Positions 45,136 through 58,238 are shown, counted from the stretch's first letter. The stretch: 64,000 nt of DNA from Eledone cirrhosa (GCA_964016885.1 OZ024749.1:53878001-53942000); one strand, 5' to 3'. Made by a program: numbers and translations. The notes: a model not told the origin generated them from the letters alone.

Positions 45136-46640
45136 CCTTTCATTTATGGCTATTGGCAATAGATATTGTTACATTCTTAATTGCCTCTAGAAGAAAGTCT
45201 AATTATAGTTAGGTTTTGTGTATGTGTATATATATTATATATATAATATATATATATATATATAGGAAAATAGTCAGGACCCCGACAGCTGAGCTCCAGC
45301 TGTTTCAACAGCTAGATTTGAAGGGTGTGTGTGTGTGTGTGTGTGTGCGTGTGCATGTGTGTAATAATGTAGAAGCCAAGATGAAAAATTAGGTTATTTT
45401 ATAAATTGACTTAATTTTTCATCTTGGCTTTGTTGTATTATTTATTAAATGTTACCTGTACCACCTTATTGATACGGTTCATTCGATTTAGTTACCTGAT
45501 GTTTGATTCCTAATCAATTTAATGGATTCTGTGATTGAGAAGATTTGTATTGTCTTGCTGATTGTGGAATTACATTGAGCTTGAAATATTATTGGCATCA
45601 TTCTTTACCTGAATATTTACCCTTGCAAGATATATATATATTCCAAAGAGGTTGTTTTGGTAAAAGCAGGAGAAAGCTCTCTACATTTGTAGTTATGATG
45701 GAGATTCAGTATATAAATATCTCCATGTTATTTATATTCCCATATCAACTCGGTCTTTTAACCCCGTAAGGAGAATGGTCAATAAAGAACATAGCAAAGA
45801 CATTATGATTGGGGCAGTAACCTTTAAGTATTTAAACCGGCCATAATTCTCTCACCTCTTTCTGTTCAAACTAACCGTAACTGGCCACTCATAGTGATGT
45901 TAAGGTATTATTCTTAAAATATATAATATCAAAATCTAATAGATTCCATATGTGAGATAAAGCCATCACCACAAAAATATAATAGTAAATATAGAGTAAT
46001 GTAAATGCTAAAGGGTTAAACAACATATTCTGGTTGGTTCATTAAAATACATATCGTGATTATTTCATTAATAATGTATTATGATTGGTTCACTATTCTT
46101 CTCTATTCTCTCAGTTTTTGGCCTGGTGCCAATGTTAACCAAACTGGTTTTCTGACTATAAGAGCTATTTATTGATTTTATTCATATGCTCTGCTCGTTT
46201 TATAGATTTATAAGGACCTAATTTATATAAATATCTTATGTTGGGATTTATTACCAATGTTTAGAATATTACCATCATCATCATCAACATCATGGGCAGT
46301 GAATTGGCAGCAGAATTGGTAGAGTATCGGTCAACATGTCTTGTTAAGTTGAGATTTATTACCAATTTTTATAAATGGTACTGAGTATAATCATCATCAT
46401 CAATTTGGTCAGTATATTGGCAGTAAGATCGGTAGAGCAGCAGACAAGATGCTTTGTGGCATTGAGTTATGGCCTTTTACATTCTGAGTTCAAATCCTGT
46501 CAAAGTTAGCTTTGCCTTTCATCCTTGCAGCATTGATAAACTAAAGTACCAGTAATGCACTGGGGGTCAATTTAAATGACTTTCACCTCTTCCCAAATTA
46601 TTGGCCTTGTTCCTAAATCAGAAACCAAGGAAGTTACAGT

Positions 46641-47478
46641 AGAGGTAGACCTGGGTAGAGGTGGTCAGCTGACCTCAGAGATAGACCAAGGAAGACCTGG
46701 GTAGAGGTGGTCAGAGCTGACCTCAGAGGTAGACCAAGGAACACTTGGGTAGAGGTGGTCACAGCTGACCTCAGAGGTAGACCAAGGAAGACCTGGGTAG
46801 AGGTGGTCAGAGCTGACCTCAGAGGTAGACCAAGGAATTCTTGGGTAGAGGTGGTCAGAGGTAGACCAAGGAAGACCTGGGTAGAGGTGGTCACAGCTGA
46901 CCTCAGAGGTAGACCAAGGAAGACTTGGGTAGAGGTGGTCAGAGCTGACCTCAGAGGTAGACCAAGGAAGACCTGGGTAGAGGTGGTCAGAGCTGACCTC
47001 AGAGGTAGACCAAGGAAGTACAGGGTAGAGGTGGTCAGAGCTGACCTCAGAGGTAGACCAAGGAAGTACAGGGTAGAGGTGGTCAGAGCTGACCTCAGAG
47101 GTAGACCAAGGAAGACCTGGGTAGAGGTGGTCAGCTGACCTCAGAGGTAGACCAAGGAAGACCTGGGTAGAGGTGGTCAGAGCTGACCTCAGAGGTAGAC
47201 CAAGGAAGACCTGGGTAGAGGTGGTCAGAGCTGACCTCAGAGGTAGACCAAGGAAGTACTGGGTAGAGGTGGTCAGAGCTGACCTCAGAGGTAGACCAAG
47301 GAAGACCTGGGTAGAGGTGGTCAGAGCTGACCTCAGAGGTAGACCAAGGAAGACTTGGGTAGAGGTGGTCAGAGCTGACCTCAGAGGTAGACCAAGGAAG
47401 ACCTGGGTAGAGGTGGTCAGAGCTGACCTCAGAGGTAGACCAAGGAAGACCTGGGTAGAGGTGGTCAGAGCTGACCTC
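46641..47478 (+). repeat. Minisatellite, 18 copies of a 48-bp unit from the RTE ORF C-terminus (RGRPRKTWVEVVRADL)
   Basis: Unit AGAGGTAGACCAAGGAAGACCTGGGTAGAGGTGGTCAGAGCTGACCTC, three shortened copies; continues into a normal RTE 3' end to ~47600. Confidence 0.95.
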
Positions 47479-48898
47479 AGATCACTGAGACTCACAGAGG
47501 AGATAACAAAAGATTACAGTAAGTGGAGAGATGTTGTGCTGAAAAAAAGGACCTGTCCAACCCATGCTAGCATGGAAAAAAACAGACGTAAAAACCAATG
47601 ATAATTCTCTATTTAAAGATATCGTGATTGCTTCTGGGTAGCTGGGAATATTTAATCATGCTCATTTCTTCTTACCTCAGCTTATATTGATTATAGTTAC
47701 CTGTAATTAGTGAAAAAGATTAATTACAGGTAACAATAAGTTCACCATGCAGTAGAGGTAATAATTTTCCAACTGAAATCAGGTAGCAGGATGAAAAGAA
47801 AAAAAAAATCTTTTTGTAACCTGTAATGAGGTTAAACAGGTAACAATCTATTTCTAACTATACCAGCTATTGGTCCTTATCTGCTACTGCTGATGTCACT
47901 AAATGTTGTCACTAGATGTCACTAGAACACTACACTGCTTCTCTGGCTCCTCATTAATATGTATTTAGGTCAGTTAGTGGTGGTGGATTGACAGTAATCA
48001 GTAGAGCTACGGACAACATGCTTTGCAACATAGTTACATCCCTTTATGTTCTGAGTTCAAATCCTGCCAAAGTTAGCTTTGTTTTAACTCTTAACATCCT
48101 GGAATAATTTAGCAGAAAATATCTAAAAACCAAGTTTGTTTATTCAAATGTTTATAGTATCTTTATCACTGGATAAATCGTTGTGAAAATTTGCAGTAAA
48201 GACTTTAATATTTAATGGACAAAATTGTTAGTGTGTGTGTGACGGGGTGCCTTGTGGTGTTTGTTCTGGTTCTCTACATTCGTAAAGGAAAGAGGGGATA
48301 CCATTTTATACATATTTAGGGAAGAGGGAGACATCATTTTATACCTGTTTAGGGAAGAGGGGAGACATCATTTTATACATGTTTAGGGGAGACATCATTT
48401 TATACATATTTATGGAAGAGGGGGAGGGACATCATTTTATTAAAATTAAATGTATTTGTCATTAAAAAAAAATTTGATTTTTATGTAGGGGTGAGAGTGC
48501 AACATAAATCTTTTAAGTGGTTAGGACCTTAAAAGGACTTAATCCAACCCTGGTGATATCATTTGTGTTAATTAATTTAATAGTCCCTTATATCTGGTAT
48601 ACTAATGACATCATTAATAACATTGTAGGTTAAAATAAATATTTATCTATAAAGCAGTGTGTTAGTTGGTTACAATACAAAACAGCTGGTAGATTGTGGA
48701 ATAAATTGAAGGTAACAAATATGTTGGTGTTTTATCTGTTATTTTATTTACCTGTCCTAATATTTCGGTATGTGGTGGGGATGGTGGTAGGGTCTATGAA
48801 TATATCTTTGTTTGAAGACATTAACAAATCTGGAATTTATTTTATGTTAATACTATAGTTATTTGTTTGAACACTGGACAGATTCATGTACAAGTGTG

Positions 48899-49094
48899 AG
48901 GGGGCTGAAAAGTTCATAGGCTGTCTATGAAGGAGTGATGCTAGAGCTATGAAATCTTGCATGCATTAATTTCAACTCTTCTTATCAATAATTGCATTGT
49001 TTCTTTCGTGGGAATGTGTTGAAAAGATAAACCTCATTTGGTCATTCCATGAGAGTATCTTAGTCAGCCTATGAGCTTTTCAGCTGACCCTCCT
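48899..49094 (+). mobile_element. mariner-like MITE (fragments at 16826-16980, 50630-50672, 53118-53295, 56450-56515)
   Basis: TIR core GCTGAAAAGTTCATAGGCTG / CAGCCTATGAGCTTTTCAGC with shared internal sequence. Confidence 0.65.
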
Positions 49095-49654
49095 AGACTC
49101 TGAGATTCCTAACTTTTTTTCAGAAGGTGGTCTACAAACTTCATGGACCATTGGCAGTCCACCAAGACCGTGTTGCACATCATTGTTCTTGATTTAGTCT
49201 GTATGATGACTTATTTCAAACATTAGTTTGGAGTTATGTGACCTAGTGGTTAGGGTATTGAACTCCTGATCATAAGGTCGTGGGTTTGGTTTGGTTTCTG
49301 GACAGGGCAGTATGTTGTGTTCTTGAGCAAGACACTCCATTTCACATTGCTTTTCATGATAAGATTGGGAACCCTATTATTAAAACACCTAAGAAACCTC
49401 CTATAAAATGCAACTTCATAAAAGGCCAGCTACACCTGCAGAGGTGTAAGTTGTAAATTTCATTTCATTTTTTCATTTTATCACCAAAATAAGACATATT
49501 TTTTGCTTTGAGTCAACAAATTTCTGAATTCTTGTTACCAACACAAATGAAATTAATGTAAAAATAAAATAAAATGTGTATGTTTAAATATAAACCTAGC
49601 CTACACTTTAACTGCATTGTTAACACTAACGATTGCCTGAGTTAATAAAACTGA

Positions 49655-49830
49655 CAGGAAACCCAGGGGTAGACCCCGAACAAGATGGTTGGATAACAGC
49701 CATGAGCTCAGTTGGTCTTGTTTGGGGATCCAGCCAGGAGATGGCTGCATCTGACAGGACCCACTGGAAGGAGTGTCTGAGACTCTGCCCCCACAACTCT
49801 CCCAGGAATAAGTGGGAGAAGAAGAGTTGA
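49655..49830 (+). mobile_element. Second RTE-like family, 3' fragment (also 13455-13560 and 51170-51300)
   Basis: RKPRGRPRTRWLDN..ELSW..LGI motif shared by three degenerate copies. Confidence 0.6.
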
Positions 49831-49924
49831 TAAATGTTTTATTTTATTTAGGATTTTACTTATATTTTAACCCACCATTTTGTTTTTGTTATATTTAGTT
49901 TATTATTTTTTCTCTATATTTCAG

Positions 49925-50065
49925 CCTTAATCACCATGTTCTATTTAGTATTCTACGGATTTCTTGCTGGCTTCTTTTCTGCCACAATTGCTGTCTTTTA
50001 CACCACAATAGATGGTACTTATCCAAAACTTCAAGGAAAATCTAGTCTTCTTAAGGGAACTCCAG
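49925..50065 (+). CDS. ATP1B: Na+/K+-ATPase beta subunit, exon 2 (single TM helix ALITMFYLVFYGFLAGFFSATIAVFY...PG)
   Basis: Polypyrimidine tract + tttcag acceptor at 49924, donor G|GTAAG at 50066; FY..FY.FLA TM motif; phase matches exon 1. Confidence 0.95.
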
Positions 50066-53000
50066 GTAAGTTCTATAAAATTCATTCAATAATACTAACC
50101 ATTGTTATTAACAATGTTCCATCCAATTTTTCCAGAATTTTGGATGCTTTAATCAAACATATTTGAAATTCAAAGCTACTGTGTGTGAAAAATCTTTCAA
50201 AGCTGCTGAATGGTAACTTATTGATTAAGATGGTGCGAATAAATGAGATAAATGTGATTTTTATTTAAAAAAATTTTTTTTTTTTTTTTTTTGGTTTTTT
50301 TGTAACCAGATAGATTTCTGGCCTTGGTCAGAGCTAGATGACAAAATTCTGTGTAAACATAGTTGTTACACACATCTATCTTATCTTTATTTTGGCCTGT
50401 AGCAGTGAAGGTGGTACCGAGAATTGATGGACTTCTTCCAGAATCTGACCTTTTAGTATCACAGGGACCCTTTCTCAAATGCTTAGATATCGGCCTAGTC
50501 AAAGTCTGTGACATTTAAAGTCTTGTGCCACAGCTCATTGAAACCCGTCCCACAGCTCAGTGAAACCTCTCCCTTACTATGGGAGAAATCAGCTGGGGAA
50601 GAGATGGGCTCTGCCAGGTTAAAAAAAACACTCCTTCATAGTTAGCCTATGAACTTTTCAGCCCATCCTTGTTTTAGATACATATTGTTAAATGATTGCT
50701 TATAGTACCATATGTTTTAAACTGAAGTTTCATAACTCTGTCAAATAATATTTCACACATTGTTGAGTGATTGCTTATAATACCATATGTTTTGGACAGA
50801 AGTTTCATATGTTCAGCAGATGAATCAGATGCTGGGTTTTTTTTTTTTGTTGTTTTTTGTTTTTGTCGTGTTTTCCTAGTAAAATGTGAGACTTATACAC
50901 AAGTGAGTATATAGAGCAGGTTTGAGAAAGGATCAATGATATCTCTTAGAGATATCATAATTTAGAGATTTAAAAACACTTCTATTTTATCAACAATAAG
51001 CAGATATTGATTACAAGCTGAAACAGTTTTTTAAAAATATTTACATTGTTCAATACCTAGCTTTTCTAACGAGAAGTTTTCAATGTAGATATATATGTAG
51101 GCAAATTATAAGACTTTTGCTGATAGTGAAGAAAATTATTATTTTAATATGGAATTAATAAATTTAGTAACATCCATGAACTTGGCTGGTCTTGCTTGGG
51201 GGATTCAGCTGGATCAGTTGGAGCTAGTTGCTTCTGACAGGAACCTGCTGGAAGGAGTGTTTAAGGACTCTGTCTGCCCCTTACAACCCTCCCAAGAATT
51301 ATTGATCAAAAAAGAATTTTAAAAATTATTATTATTTAATTAGAAATCTATAGGAGTTACATTTGAATATTTATTTTTTTCATAGAAAATGTGGTTTGCA
51401 TTAAGGAGGACATCGAGCTGTAGAAACCAAGCCAGAAACAGTTCTGTATGAGCAAGACATGGTCATCAAACCTGACTTGTCTCACAACAGGACAACTCAT
51501 CTAACCCATACTAGCATGGAAAAATGGATATTAAACGGTGGTGGTGATAATTATATGTATATATATAAACCAAGCCAGAAACTGTTCTGTATGGTCAAGA
51601 TGTGGTCATCTGACTTAACTTGTTTCACAACAAGACAACTTGTCTAACCCATGCTAGTGTGGAAAAATTTTTTATTTAACAGTGATGAGGATGAAATGTT
51701 TTCTATTTATAGAAATGTTTTAATCTGATGAAAAAGATTAATTAAATCCTTCTTTTATTTAGATGAGAAATGAGAATTTTATTTGATAAACCATACTAAT
51801 GCCACCAGATTATTTTCTATCCAACACAGGCTATGATAATCTCTTTATATCTGTCTATAGTAATATAACAGTCATATTCTAGTCATTGTAATGTAATATA
51901 ATTAGGAATACTTTTGACATTATCACAAATGTTTTAATTCCTCATTTGTCTTGTCTTGTCTATTTATTTCTTTGTTCATTTATTTATTTTACTTAATGAC
52001 ATTATTTTCAGCATTGATAGTTTTAATAATAGATTTGTTAATAATAGATAGACCGGTCAATTAGCAGAGTTGTTAGAACATCCGATAGAATGGTAGAGAA
52101 GTTAGAACATCAGATAGAATGGTAGAGTTGTTAGAACATCAGATAGAAAGCTTTGTTGTATTCATTCCAGCTTTCTGCTCTGCTCTCTGAGTTCAAATTC
52201 TCCACCGAGATCAACTTTACCTTTCATCCTTTTGAGGTTGATAAAAAAAATAAGTACCAGCCTAATACAGGAGTCTTTCTCTCTATCTCTTTCTCACTTT
52301 CTATCCTTCTCTGGAAGAAATCTCCTGTTTTCAGACCTGGAGAGGAAGGAGATGGGCTTCACCAAGCTTAAAATGCCCCAGAAACGCTGTATACTATATC
52401 TAAATGAATTGGAAATAATTATTGAAACTTTCTCGTGTTTTGTTGTCAGTGATAAATTTCAATAGTAGATTGTTCTCCAATGCTTTGTTTCTGATTTAAA
52501 GCACCCAGTCGACCCTGTTAGATATTGCTGGAGTCACAACAATAAAATGTTCCCATTACATACTGTCAAGTTGTTGGTGTTGGGAAGGGCATCTAACTGT
52601 AAAAACTAAGCCAATGAGCAAGACATGGTCATGTGATTGGACTAGATTCAGCATGTGACAGAATATCTAAGCCATGTAAGCATGGAAAATAGACATTAAA
52701 CAGTGGTGATGATGATGATGGTGTTGTTGTTGTTGTTAATTATACACTCATGACTGGTCTGAAAAGCCTCCGAAACAACAACAACATCTCCATCACAGCT
52801 ACTATTTATGTCGCAGTCAGTCATTTGAATTGAATTCTTTTGGTTTAAACACAATAGCAATTTATGTAAGGTATAATATATTTTAGTCAGTTGATTGTTG
52901 TCCGGTATAATAGTAGTTGTTGTTTCATGGAATTTAGAAGTATGGGCAGATACCAGACTTCTAAATTTCATGAAGCAAGATCTTTACCTCAAAACTGGAA

Positions 53001-53788
53001 AGAGGATTAGATGGAGCCTACAGATGCATGGAGTCCATCAGATGAATTATACCTGTAATTAGCTGTCCAACCTTGTCACCTGGCTTGATTTGGTCTGGGA
53101 ATTACATGGAGCACAGACATAGGCTGACCAAGATACTCTCATGGAATGACTAAATGAGGTTTATTTTTCAATATAGTCCCTGGAAAGAAACAATGCAGTT
53201 ATTAATAATTGTTGAAATTAATGCATGCAAGATTTCACGGCTCTAGCATCACTTCTTCATAGTCAGCCTATGAATTTTTCGGCCACTCCTTGTATGGCAT
53301 CTCCAGTCTTGGTAAATGTTTTAAAGACCGGCTTCAGGATTAATTACACAGGTAAGGTTTTCAGTTACTCAAACAACTGAAAACTCAACATCAGAACCAA
53401 ACATAGGATCTGTCACAAAACTGGCCATAATTCTCTCACCTCTTTCTGTTCAAACCAGCCATAACTGGCTGCTCATACTTACGTTAAGGTAGTGTTCTCA
53501 AAATAAATATCAAAATCACATAGATTCGACATTATGTGAGATATTATGTGAAATAAAGCCTTTACTGTGAAAATACAATAGTATATATAGAGTAATGTAA
53601 ATGGTAAAGGGTTAAAGCTTTTGTTGAAATATTTGTTGTTGTACCTGATAACTAACTAAAGTTTTATTGAACAAATATATATATATAATATATGAATGTA
53701 TATTATTTATGGTCATACACAGAACAAAAGCCCTACTTAAGGTTTCAAGGCCCAATATTGACCATATGACCATATTTTAAACATCTAT

Positions 53789-53872
<84 letters not shown>

Positions 53873-54043
53873 CAGACACAGACACAGACACACACACGTA
53901 TGTGTGTGGTTGGTGTTAGGGAGGGCTTCCAATTTGGCCAGACTTGTCTCATGTCGTGGACAACTCGTCTGACCCATGGAAAATGGATGTTAAACAGTGA
54001 TGATATATATATATATGTGTATATTTTGTTTTACTTTCTCTAG

Positions 54044-54151
54044 GTTTGGGATATCGACCAAGGCCCAACTATGAATCAACTCTCATCCGATTTACTAAAG
54101 GAGATACAAGTATGAAACCATATGTTGATAACATTAAAGATTTTCTTCAGC
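54044..54151 (+). CDS. ATP1B: Na+/K+-ATPase beta subunit, exon 3 (GLGYRPRPNYESTLIRFTKGDTSMKPYVDNIKDFLQ)
   Basis: ctctag acceptor at 54043, donor C|GTAAGT at 54152; PGLG(Y/F)RP and STLI motifs; absent from the ORF track, translated by hand. Confidence 0.93.
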
Positions 54152-55666
54152 GTAAGTAACAAAGTTCCTACAAAAACCAATCATGAAAATAAACCTTCTT
54201 TGTCAAGCTACTAACTCCAGTTGTTGGTCCCCTTCTTTTGAAGCTACCTTGTGTAGACTCTCTGTTTTAACCATATATCTAACTACCAACCTCTGTTGCT
54301 TGTCCCCTTCTTTTGAAGCTACCTTCAGTCTACTCTCTGTTTTAACCATATATAGCTACCAACCTCTGTTGTTGCTCCCCTTCTTTTGAAGTTACCTTGT
54401 GTAGACTCTGTTTTAACCATATATATGTCTTTATGGTTGTATCTATGGAACCATTCCACCACCATGTCACTTAACATCAGCCTGAAGCCACACATACACT
54501 AAAAAAAAAAAGAAAAAAAATAGAAGAATTGTCAATACCAATTTCAAGCTTAGGCTTGGTGCTTACTCAACAGAAATCAATATAGTATTTGACTGTAGAT
54601 TTGCTCAAGAAAATCAATATCGATAGCAAATATTGGCAGTTAAGCCACAAGGTGTTGATGTTTATTGCTTATTGGAAATATAATGATTTGACCATTATTG
54701 CATATATACATCTTCTTTGATGTGAAGGTGTTGGTGAAATATTGCTAATTAATTTAAGTAATTCTGAGTAATTGATTTATATATTCACCACTTTAATTTA
54801 TCCTACTCGTTAGCTGAAGAAAGAAATTAATAATAACTTAGAGGTTTATCAGTTAATATTACAATAAATTGGAATTCTTGCAGACATTTTAGTCAAAGAT
54901 TTTGTTGAAAATATAGTTTAGTATTGATTTTTAACAAAAGATTGGTAGATTTACAGATGTGATATTTCTGTATTTGTTCTGGTTTGTTATATTCTCAGTT
55001 CAAATCCCACCAGGGTCAATTTTACCTTTCATTCTTCCGTGGTCAATTATATAAAGTACTACCAGTCAAATACTGGGGTTCATCTAATCAACTTTTCCTT
55101 CCTCCTGTCCCCAGATTTGCTGGCCTTGTGCCTAAATTAGGAATTAATATTGATTTTCGTTTTGATATCAGCACAAGGCCATCAATTGAGCTGTAGTTGA
55201 GGACTATTTTATCAACCCTTGAAAGACGGAGGGTAAAGTTAACCATGGCAAGATTTAGTCGGGACTTAGCTAAGATTTAGTCTGGGCTTAGCTAAGATTT
55301 AGTCTGGACTTAAACTGAATATCACAAGCTATTTTCATTCAATGCTGTACCAACTCAATCATTTAATCTGATGCTCTACCAACTTTTCCAATTGCTACCA
55401 TATACAGGGTGTCCCTAAAGTTTGGACAGAAATGTGGAGTAAATACATCGGGTTCACGGGAATCTCACAAATTATTGAAGATTTGGGATGTGTTAGTTGC
55501 ATGTTCAGAAAGTTATCTCTGTGAACCTTGCAATAAACATGTATTGACTGCTCTGTTACTTATGACTCACCCTGTATTTTAAATATAAATATTCCGTTAT
55601 GTATTTATCTATATATGTGTTATTTCTATAATATAATCATTGATTTCATTATTGCCTTTGTTACAG

Positions 55667-55848
55667 AATATAATGCTTCTAAATACGATTCAACACATGA
55701 AAACTGTAATGATATCAGTGGTCAAAGGCAGACAAACAAAGACAGACCTTGTCTTTTCGATCCTCTTTCTTTGAATGCCCCTTGCTTAAATGAAGATGAC
55801 TATGGCTATAAGTCAGGCGACCCCTGTGTTATCCTTAAACTAAACAAG
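55667..55848 (+). CDS. ATP1B: Na+/K+-ATPase beta subunit, exon 4 (QYNASKY...C..C..C..YGYKSGDPCVILKLNK)
   Basis: ttacag acceptor at 55666, donor AAG|GTAAGA at 55849; YGY..G.PC..LKLN signature with four ectodomain cysteines. Confidence 0.95.
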
Positions 55849-55970
55849 GTAAGACTTAAAGAACTTTCTCTTGTCTGTTTGTTTATAGATACATGCATAC
55901 ACACTCATAAAGACATTTTTTTCCAATTCCAACCCGCCAGTCCCCTCAATCTATCTTATTTCTCATTTTT

Positions 55971-56006
55971 TCTTCTAATGAAGGACTAGCGTCCGAAACG
56001 TTAAGA
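55971..56006 (+). ncRNA. Minimal type I hammerhead motif with G5>A core substitution
   Basis: TCTT-CTAATGA-A-GGAC tagc GTCC-GAAA-CG-TT-AAGA; palindromic AACGTT stem III; sister copy at 30266-30301. Confidence 0.75.
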
Positions 56007-56315
56007 CCCTTTTCCTGCTATATCAAGTGTTAACCTAATATATCCCTTCCATATACTGTACCGATTGTGTTATTTCTGTTTACCTTTTACATACATATCA
56101 TCATCATCATCGTTTAACATCCATCTCCCACGCTAGCATGGGTTAGACAGTTTTGTTCCATTTGATGCGGGAATGGTCGGGAGACCGTGTCTCGCTCACA
56201 CGGAAGCGTCTCTGGCAGGTTTTTTACAGCTGGATGCCCTTAACACCAACCACATATATATACAATATTAATAAGGGAACAAAGAATCAGTGTTACATCA
56301 TATACATATTTAATT

Positions 56316-56407
56316 ACATATTACATATGTTTCACTGTCGATCAGCTCGAGGAATGATCTATTAATGATCGAACCTGACTCTGGAATCGGAAGCTCCTCA
56401 GATTTGT
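56316..56407 (-). ncRNA. Type I hammerhead motif with extended stem II, core intact
   Basis: Reverse strand ACAAAT-CTGAGGA-GCT...AGT-GAAA-CATATG-TA-ATATGT; palindromic ACATATGT stem III; stem I 5 of 6 bp. Confidence 0.65.
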
Positions 56408-56644
56408 GTTAACATGTATGTATGCAAAAGGCAGACAACCCAACCTCATAGTTGAAATGAATGCATGCAAGATTTCACAGCTCTAGCATCACTCCTTCAT
56501 AGTCAGCCTATGACCTTTCCACTGGAATAATTTTTTTTTTTTCATATTTACATTTAATTTTTCTCACTGACAATAAATAAAATTAAATAAAATTAAATTG
56601 CTTTTTTTTAAATTATTATATGTTATCTTTCTTTCTTATCTCAG

Positions 56645-56746
56645 ATCTATAACTGGATTCCAGAGCCATTTAGTAATAGTTCAGTGCCAGAAGATGCTCG
56701 CGAATATTGGGACGATTCTCATATTACTGTAACTTGCCAGGGTGAA
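56645..56746 (+). CDS. ATP1B: Na+/K+-ATPase beta subunit, exon 5 (IYNWIPEPFSNSSVPEDAREYWDDSHITVTCQGE)
   Basis: tctcag acceptor at 56644, donor GAA|GTGAGT at 56747; IY.W.P and V.C.GE motifs; phase 0/0. Confidence 0.93.
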
Positions 56747-57574
56747 GTGAGTACTGTTTAGTTTCTTGTTTTAATGTACACTTTCCCTGTTAGTAAAGGT
56801 TGAACAGGTCTACATGTCTACCAAGTTAGTACTGAAATGGAGCCATTAATCTCCCTGGCAGGATAGGGATCTGTACAGTTTCATGTTCCATCTCCACTAG
56901 CAAAGATTGGATGGGTCCATATAGACCATGTCAGTAAGTGAAGCAGAACCACTGATCTCCCAAGCAGACCAAGAACCTGTGTCTCACTTATGTACAGTCT
57001 CTAGTTCCATCGAGTGCTCAGGAGTGGTTGTCATCTCTTTGACACAATTGTAGGTCCCCCTACCATCATCATTGTTTTAATGTCTGCTTTCCTGCTAGCA
57101 AAGATTGGATGAGTTCATATATAGACCAAGTCAGTAAGTGAAGCAGAGTCACTGATCTCCCAAGCAGATCAAGGACCTGTGTCTCACTTATATACAGTCT
57201 CATGTTCCATCAAGTGCTCATGAGAAGTTGTCATGTCTTTGACACAACTGAGGGTCCTCCCAACCCTTTGTTTGACAAGATTTCTATGGCTGTATGCCCT
57301 TCCTATCACCAACCATTTTACTGTGTTTTTCAATCCACAAAATAGTGTAATTTTATATTAGAAAGCTATTTTAAACATTTAATGTCTCATTTTCATTGCT
57401 GTAGCCTTTATTCTTGACTGTACAACAATAAATTGATAAGTTCATAATTGTTTCTACTTTTGGCACAAGGCCATCAATTACCCAGTACATTACTGGTACT
57501 TTATTTTATCGACCCCGTAAGTTCATAATGTTTTATATGAGAGTGACCTTCAAGATATATGTCTTAATATATCG

Positions 57575-57885
57575 CGAGGTTGTGAGTTCTATTCTCAGAC
57601 CAGGCTTTGCGATGTGTTCTTCAGCAAGACACTTTATTTCACGTTGCTCCAGTTCACTCAGCTGTAGAAATGAGTTGTGACATCACTGGTACCAAGCTGT
57701 ATCGGCATTTGCCTTTCTCTTGGACAACATCAGTAGTGTGGAAAGAGGAGACTGGTGTACATAAGGTGACTGCTGGTCTTCCACAAACAACCTTGCCCGG
57801 ACTTGAGCCTTAGAGGGGAACTTTCTAGGTGTAAATCCCATGGTCATTTGTGACCAAAGGGGGTCTTTATCTTTTACCCTTTTAC
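57575..57885 (+). mobile_element. CORE-type SINE with a different 3' tail
   Basis: Same CORE block as 30844 but an unrelated 3' half ending in (CTTTTA)-like repeats; ends ~45 bp before the last acceptor. Confidence 0.6.
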
Positions 57886-57933
57886 ATATATAATATAGTT
57901 ATTTTTATATATTTTATTTTATATTAATTGCAG

Positions 57934-58170
57934 AGATCCACAGACAAGGAAAATATCCATGATATCAACTATTTCCCAAAACATGGTTTCCCTGTGAAAT
58001 ATTTCCCCTACCTCAACCAAAAGGGTTACCATTCCCCTATTGTAATTGTTCAGTTGAAAGTTCAGCGAGGAATATTACTCATGATTGAATGTAGAGCTTA
58101 TGCCAAAAATATCCGTGTTGACCGACTAGAGAGGCAGGGTGCTGTTCATTTTGAACTTCTTGTTGATTAA
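57934..58170 (+). CDS. ATP1B: Na+/K+-ATPase beta subunit, last coding exon (RSTDKENI...YFPYLNQKGYHSPIV...IECRAYAKNI...GAVHFELLVD*)
   Basis: ttgcag acceptor at 57933, TAA ending at 58170. Spliced CDS 133+141+108+182+102+237 = 903 nt = 300 aa + stop, six ectodomain Cys, sequons NAS and NSS. Confidence 0.96.
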   Translation, partial: RSTDKENIHDINYFPKHGFPVKYFPYLNQKGYHSPIVIVQLKVQRGILLMIECRAYAKNIRVDRLERQGAVHFELLVD

Positions 58171-58203
58171 AATCGGTCCATTTAAAACAAACAAAAAAAA
58201 ATT

Positions 58204-58238
<35 letters not shown>

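Noticed and set aside
46665-47601. Repetitive RGRPRK (AT-hook-like) protein ORFs
   Set aside because: Amplified RTE C-terminal segment inside an intron, frameshifted mid-array, no credible start or splice sites.
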